64,000 bases of DNA from Eledone cirrhosa (Eukaryota). Below are positions 60,908 to 64,000 of the stretch, piece by piece. The position numbers were made by a program, and so were the translations under genes. The stretch lies in the NCBI GenBank assembly GCA_964016885.1, contig CAXHJY010000801.1:12561-76560 (forward strand), given 5' to 3'. Below the pieces are notes generated by a model. It saw nothing but the letters and a program-made list of their open reading frames with translations. It ran no database searches and was not told where the DNA came from. How positions within the stretch are numbered: the first letter of the stretch is position 1; each line of letters starts with the position of its first letter.

Positions 60908-60910
<3 letters not shown>
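60608..60910. mobile_element. Penelope-like element family B, longest copy: spacer-less palindrome with 110-bp arms plus ~80-bp tail
   Basis: Centre ggtaat|attacc at 60800/60801, arms 60691-60800 / 60801-60910, (TA)n flanks. Confidence 0.8.
60804..60899 (+). ncRNA. Hammerhead-like motif with a variant core (CUGAGA, lacking N7)
   Basis: acccc-CTGAGA-ggct cggcta[loop]tagccg tc-GAAA-cggct tgagctc agcc-GTC-ggggt. Stems I, II and III can all pair. The mirror copy on the minus arm has the same CTGAGA. Confidence 0.55.
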
Positions 60911-60969
<59 letters not shown>

Positions 60970-60971
60970 TA

Positions 60972-61258
60972 TATGTCCCCTCTTCTGTTTACCTCACCAA
61001 TATTTCTGGCTTGTCTAATACAATGCATTGCGATGGGTGTGGGAGTTGGCTTTCCCTCCTTCTGACTAAACAATGAAAATAGATAAATAGTAATTCTAAA
61101 ACCATTCGTATTCTTTCAGCGATGAATGAATGAGTTTGTCGCTTGATATATTAGGAAAATGCTTTTAACGTTTCGGACAAGGGTCTTTCATCAGTAATTA
61201 GAATCAGAAAGAGAAGATGAAATAGAAAGATGAAGATTGTGTATTCAGTCATCTATTT

Positions 61259-61306
<48 letters not shown>

Positions 61307-61465
61307 CTCATCTATATACCTCACCAGTATTTCTGGCCTGCTTAATACAATGCATTGCGATGGGTGTGGGAGTTGTCTTTCCCTCCTTCTGACTAAACAA
61401 TGAAAATAGATAAAGAGTAATTCTAAATCCATTCTTATTCTTTCAGCGATGAATGAATGAGTAAG
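60972..61465. repeat. Duplicated ~165-bp segment flanking a hammerhead-bearing repeat (61145-61262) that is also present at 60453-60572
   Basis: 'cctcacca.tatttctggc...gcgatgaatgaatgagt' at 60972-61135 and 61303-61462. The minus strand reads CTGATGAaagacccttgtccGAAACGTT at 61167-61194 and CTGGTGAaagacaagtgtccGAAACGTT at 60477-60504. Confidence 0.7.
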
Positions 61466-61662
61466 ATTGACTCTAATCATATTGTTGCTCCTCTGTCTTT
61501 TGTGGGATAGTTTCTCTTAAGTAGATCGCGTGATACCAAACATAGCATTGTAATTATTATTATTGCTATTATTATTATTTTTATTATCATCATTGTAATT
61601 ATTATTATTGCTATTATTATTATTTTTATTATCATCATTGTAATTATTATTATTTTTATAGA

Positions 61663-62205
61663 AGCAAGAATGGCCCGAGTGAATGGGCCTACTCTGAGTA
61701 TATATCTGTAAATTAAAGGTGGAAAACTGGGAGAGGGCACTTGCCTTGGTGGTCAGGGTCACTGACGCCTTTTACTGGGCTTTCTCCACAAATGTCCCTC
61801 CGAAGTCTCCCCCCTCTTGGGGAATTTTTCATTGTTATTTTTTTTGTAACATCCTCTGTTTTTGTTTTTTACACGCAGAAATGCCCTTTTGTACCGTCCT
61901 GTATTGTTCTGCACTGTCCTTAATGTCTACTTTATGTAAACCCTGTGTGGTTAATAAGAAATCATTATCATCATTGTAATTATTATTATTACTATTATTA
62001 TTATTAGTTGTACACCCCACCCACCCCGTGTTATGGAATTTATTTTGTTATATTTATGCATAGTTTATTTCATTTTTTTTTTTTTTATATTTTCATTGTT
62101 AAATTAGTGTTGCCATTGTGCACTTTTACTCGAGCTTATTGTAAACCCCCCCACTTTCAGGGTCTTTGTATTGTCCCCTACATGTCGGCCCTTGTGGCCA
62201 ATAAT
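61663..62205 (+). mobile_element. Two 5'-truncated 3' ends of Tx1/L1-like LINE subfamilies in (ATT)n
   Basis: 61663-61962 begins 'gcaagaatggcccgagtgaatgggcctactctga', matching 22413-22447 in reverse complement. It is flanked by 'attatcatcattgtaattattattatt' at 61628 and 61964. 62015-62205 matches 22120-22290 in reverse complement. Confidence 0.7.
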
Positions 62206-62214
62206 GGTAATCAC

Positions 62215-62246
<32 letters not shown>

Positions 62247-62837
62247 TCTATTTATCGTCATCATAGTCGTCATTCTCATCATCATAATAATCATAATCAT
62301 ATATCATCATCATAATCAGTATCATCATCATCATCAATATCATCGCTTCAGCAAATAGAGTTATTTTATTTTAATTTTTTTTTTAATCTTTAGATAACAC
62401 GAATAGAGTGAAATATTTTAAAAGGAAACAAAAATTTAAAAAAACCCCCGCAAAACAAGAAAAAAAAAACAAAACAAATTAACAACCCTTCCTTCCTTCC
62501 TTCCTTCAAAAAAGAAAACTATAAGGGAAATGAATGAGTGTCGTCTTGAAATTAACAAATTAATACACTATATAATATTGTCTATAGGAGGTTGAAAACA
62601 TAGCGTGATTTCCGAGAATCGAATGAATATTCATGGAGCAAATATTTCAATCCAGCCATTTTTACCATCTTATGAAGCCAAGGACGCAGGCGTGGCCGAG
62701 TCGAATGAATGCTATTGTTAATTGATATCAGGACTCGCAGTGGGATCAAACCCAGGAAATTATTGATTCATCTGTTAACTGTTAAACCCAGTTATTTATC
62801 CATACTGAGTCCACGTCAATAATATTTCACAAAGGTA

Positions 62838-62997
62838 AAGCGAATTGGCAGAGTCGTTTAGAACGTTTGGATAGAATACGTTGTGATATTTGTTTTGGCT
62901 CACTGCTCTTTGAGTTCAAGTCCTGCCGAGGCTGACTTTGCCTGCCACATTTCGGTAGTCGATAACAATAGTACTCAGTCAAGTACTGGGATCGATT
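62838..62997 (+). mobile_element. Old diverged SINE copy
   Basis: TGGCAGAGTCG, GAGTTCAAGTCC and 'gactttgcct...gtcgataa...gtac' remnants. Confidence 0.65.
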
Positions 62998-63557
62998 CTT
63001 TTTATTCATATTTCTATTTCACTCTTTCATTTCACTCACATTCTATCTTTCTTTTGAAGAAATTTGCTGTGTTTCAGGCCTTGGAAAAAGACCGTATATA
63101 CTGCTACAGCACATTTACAACTCACATCAGGGCTTACGGGGTGAGACTTTATTAAAAATTTTCTTTTGAAGAAATTTGCTGTGTTCATGTGCGGATAGGA
63201 ATGGTCTCCACCAGGCTTAAAAATGCCAAAGAAACACAGTATACTGCTATGAAACCTCTATGGGGCTATACTTTACTAAAATTATTTCACACCTCACCAA
63301 TTTATATTAAAACATACAAGTCAACATGTAGAGGTGAATTGTATAGAGGCAGGCGTAGCAGGTTACGTCAGACGTTCGCTTCTTAAAGATAAGGTCCTCG
63401 GCTTGATCACACCACTGGCTCTTATCGTCTTGGGAAAGTGTTATGTATTATATCTATTTTATGTATGTTGATATATAGTATAAAACAAAGTTAGAATTTG
63501 ATATTTCGCTCTAGCTTAACAGATTACATAAATGTAAATATGGGTTACATCGAATAA

Positions 63558-64000
63558 TAATAATTGTTTCTACTTTTGCACAAGGCCAGCAATTATCCCA
63601 TTGTATTACTGGTACTTTATTTGATGGACCCTGTAAGGATGAAAGGCAAAGTTAACCTCCGCGATATTTGAACTCAGATCATATAGGGCCTTAACTCTTT
63701 GCTGCAAAGCATGGCATCCGACCCTCTGCCGATACTGCCATCCACCGCCTTTTGAATAATAATAATAATAATAATAATAATTGTTTCTACTTTTGGCACA
63801 AGGGACGACATGTAAGGGACAACACAAAGACAGGGACAGTGGGGGTTTATAATAATAATTAATTGTTTTCTACTTTGGGGACAAGGCCAGAAAATTAGCC
63901 AGTGTATTACTGGTACTTCATTTTATCGACCCGTAAGGATGAAAGGTAAAGTTAACCTCGGCGGGATTTGAACTCAGAATGGCAAGGGCCGTAACTCTAT
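63558..64000 (-). mobile_element. SINE (63558-63750), SINE-tail/LINE-UTR chimera (63779-63848) and a SINE running off the window end (63860-64000), all in (AAT)n
   Basis: Core and tail motifs as in the other copies, separated by AAT runs. Confidence 0.88.

Overview
Repeat-saturated, AT-rich eukaryotic (animal) DNA. The SINE and microsatellite content suggests an octopod cephalopod, which is an inference. The window is most likely intron or intergenic space. Almost every ORF in the six-frame track is a translation artefact of (TA)n/(CA)n/trinucleotide repeats. Real content: (1) a near-complete CR1/L2-group LINE (32129-36100) with an intact 1006-codon APE+RT ORF2. Its ORF1 has two CCCH zinc fingers, and ORF2 lacks a usable AUG but overlaps ORF1 in the -1 frame with two in-register slippery heptamers. 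An inverted 3' fragment of the same family lies 1.7 kb downstream. (2) A decayed R4/Dong-type RT+CCHC+RLE element (minus strand, ~4480-7300), plus RTE, Tx1-like and RLE fragments. (3) About 25 copies of a ~190-bp tRNA-derived SINE, many in tandem, internally multiplied, folded back or interrupted, and often associated with (AAT)n tracts. (4) Several families of short, ORF-less fold-back elements inside (TA)n tracts that carry Penelope-type hammerhead ribozyme motifs; two have complete catalytic cores. (5) Several minisatellites with higher-order structure. Two small candidate host exons are noted at low confidence. No CRISPR array, rRNA or bona fide tRNA gene was found.
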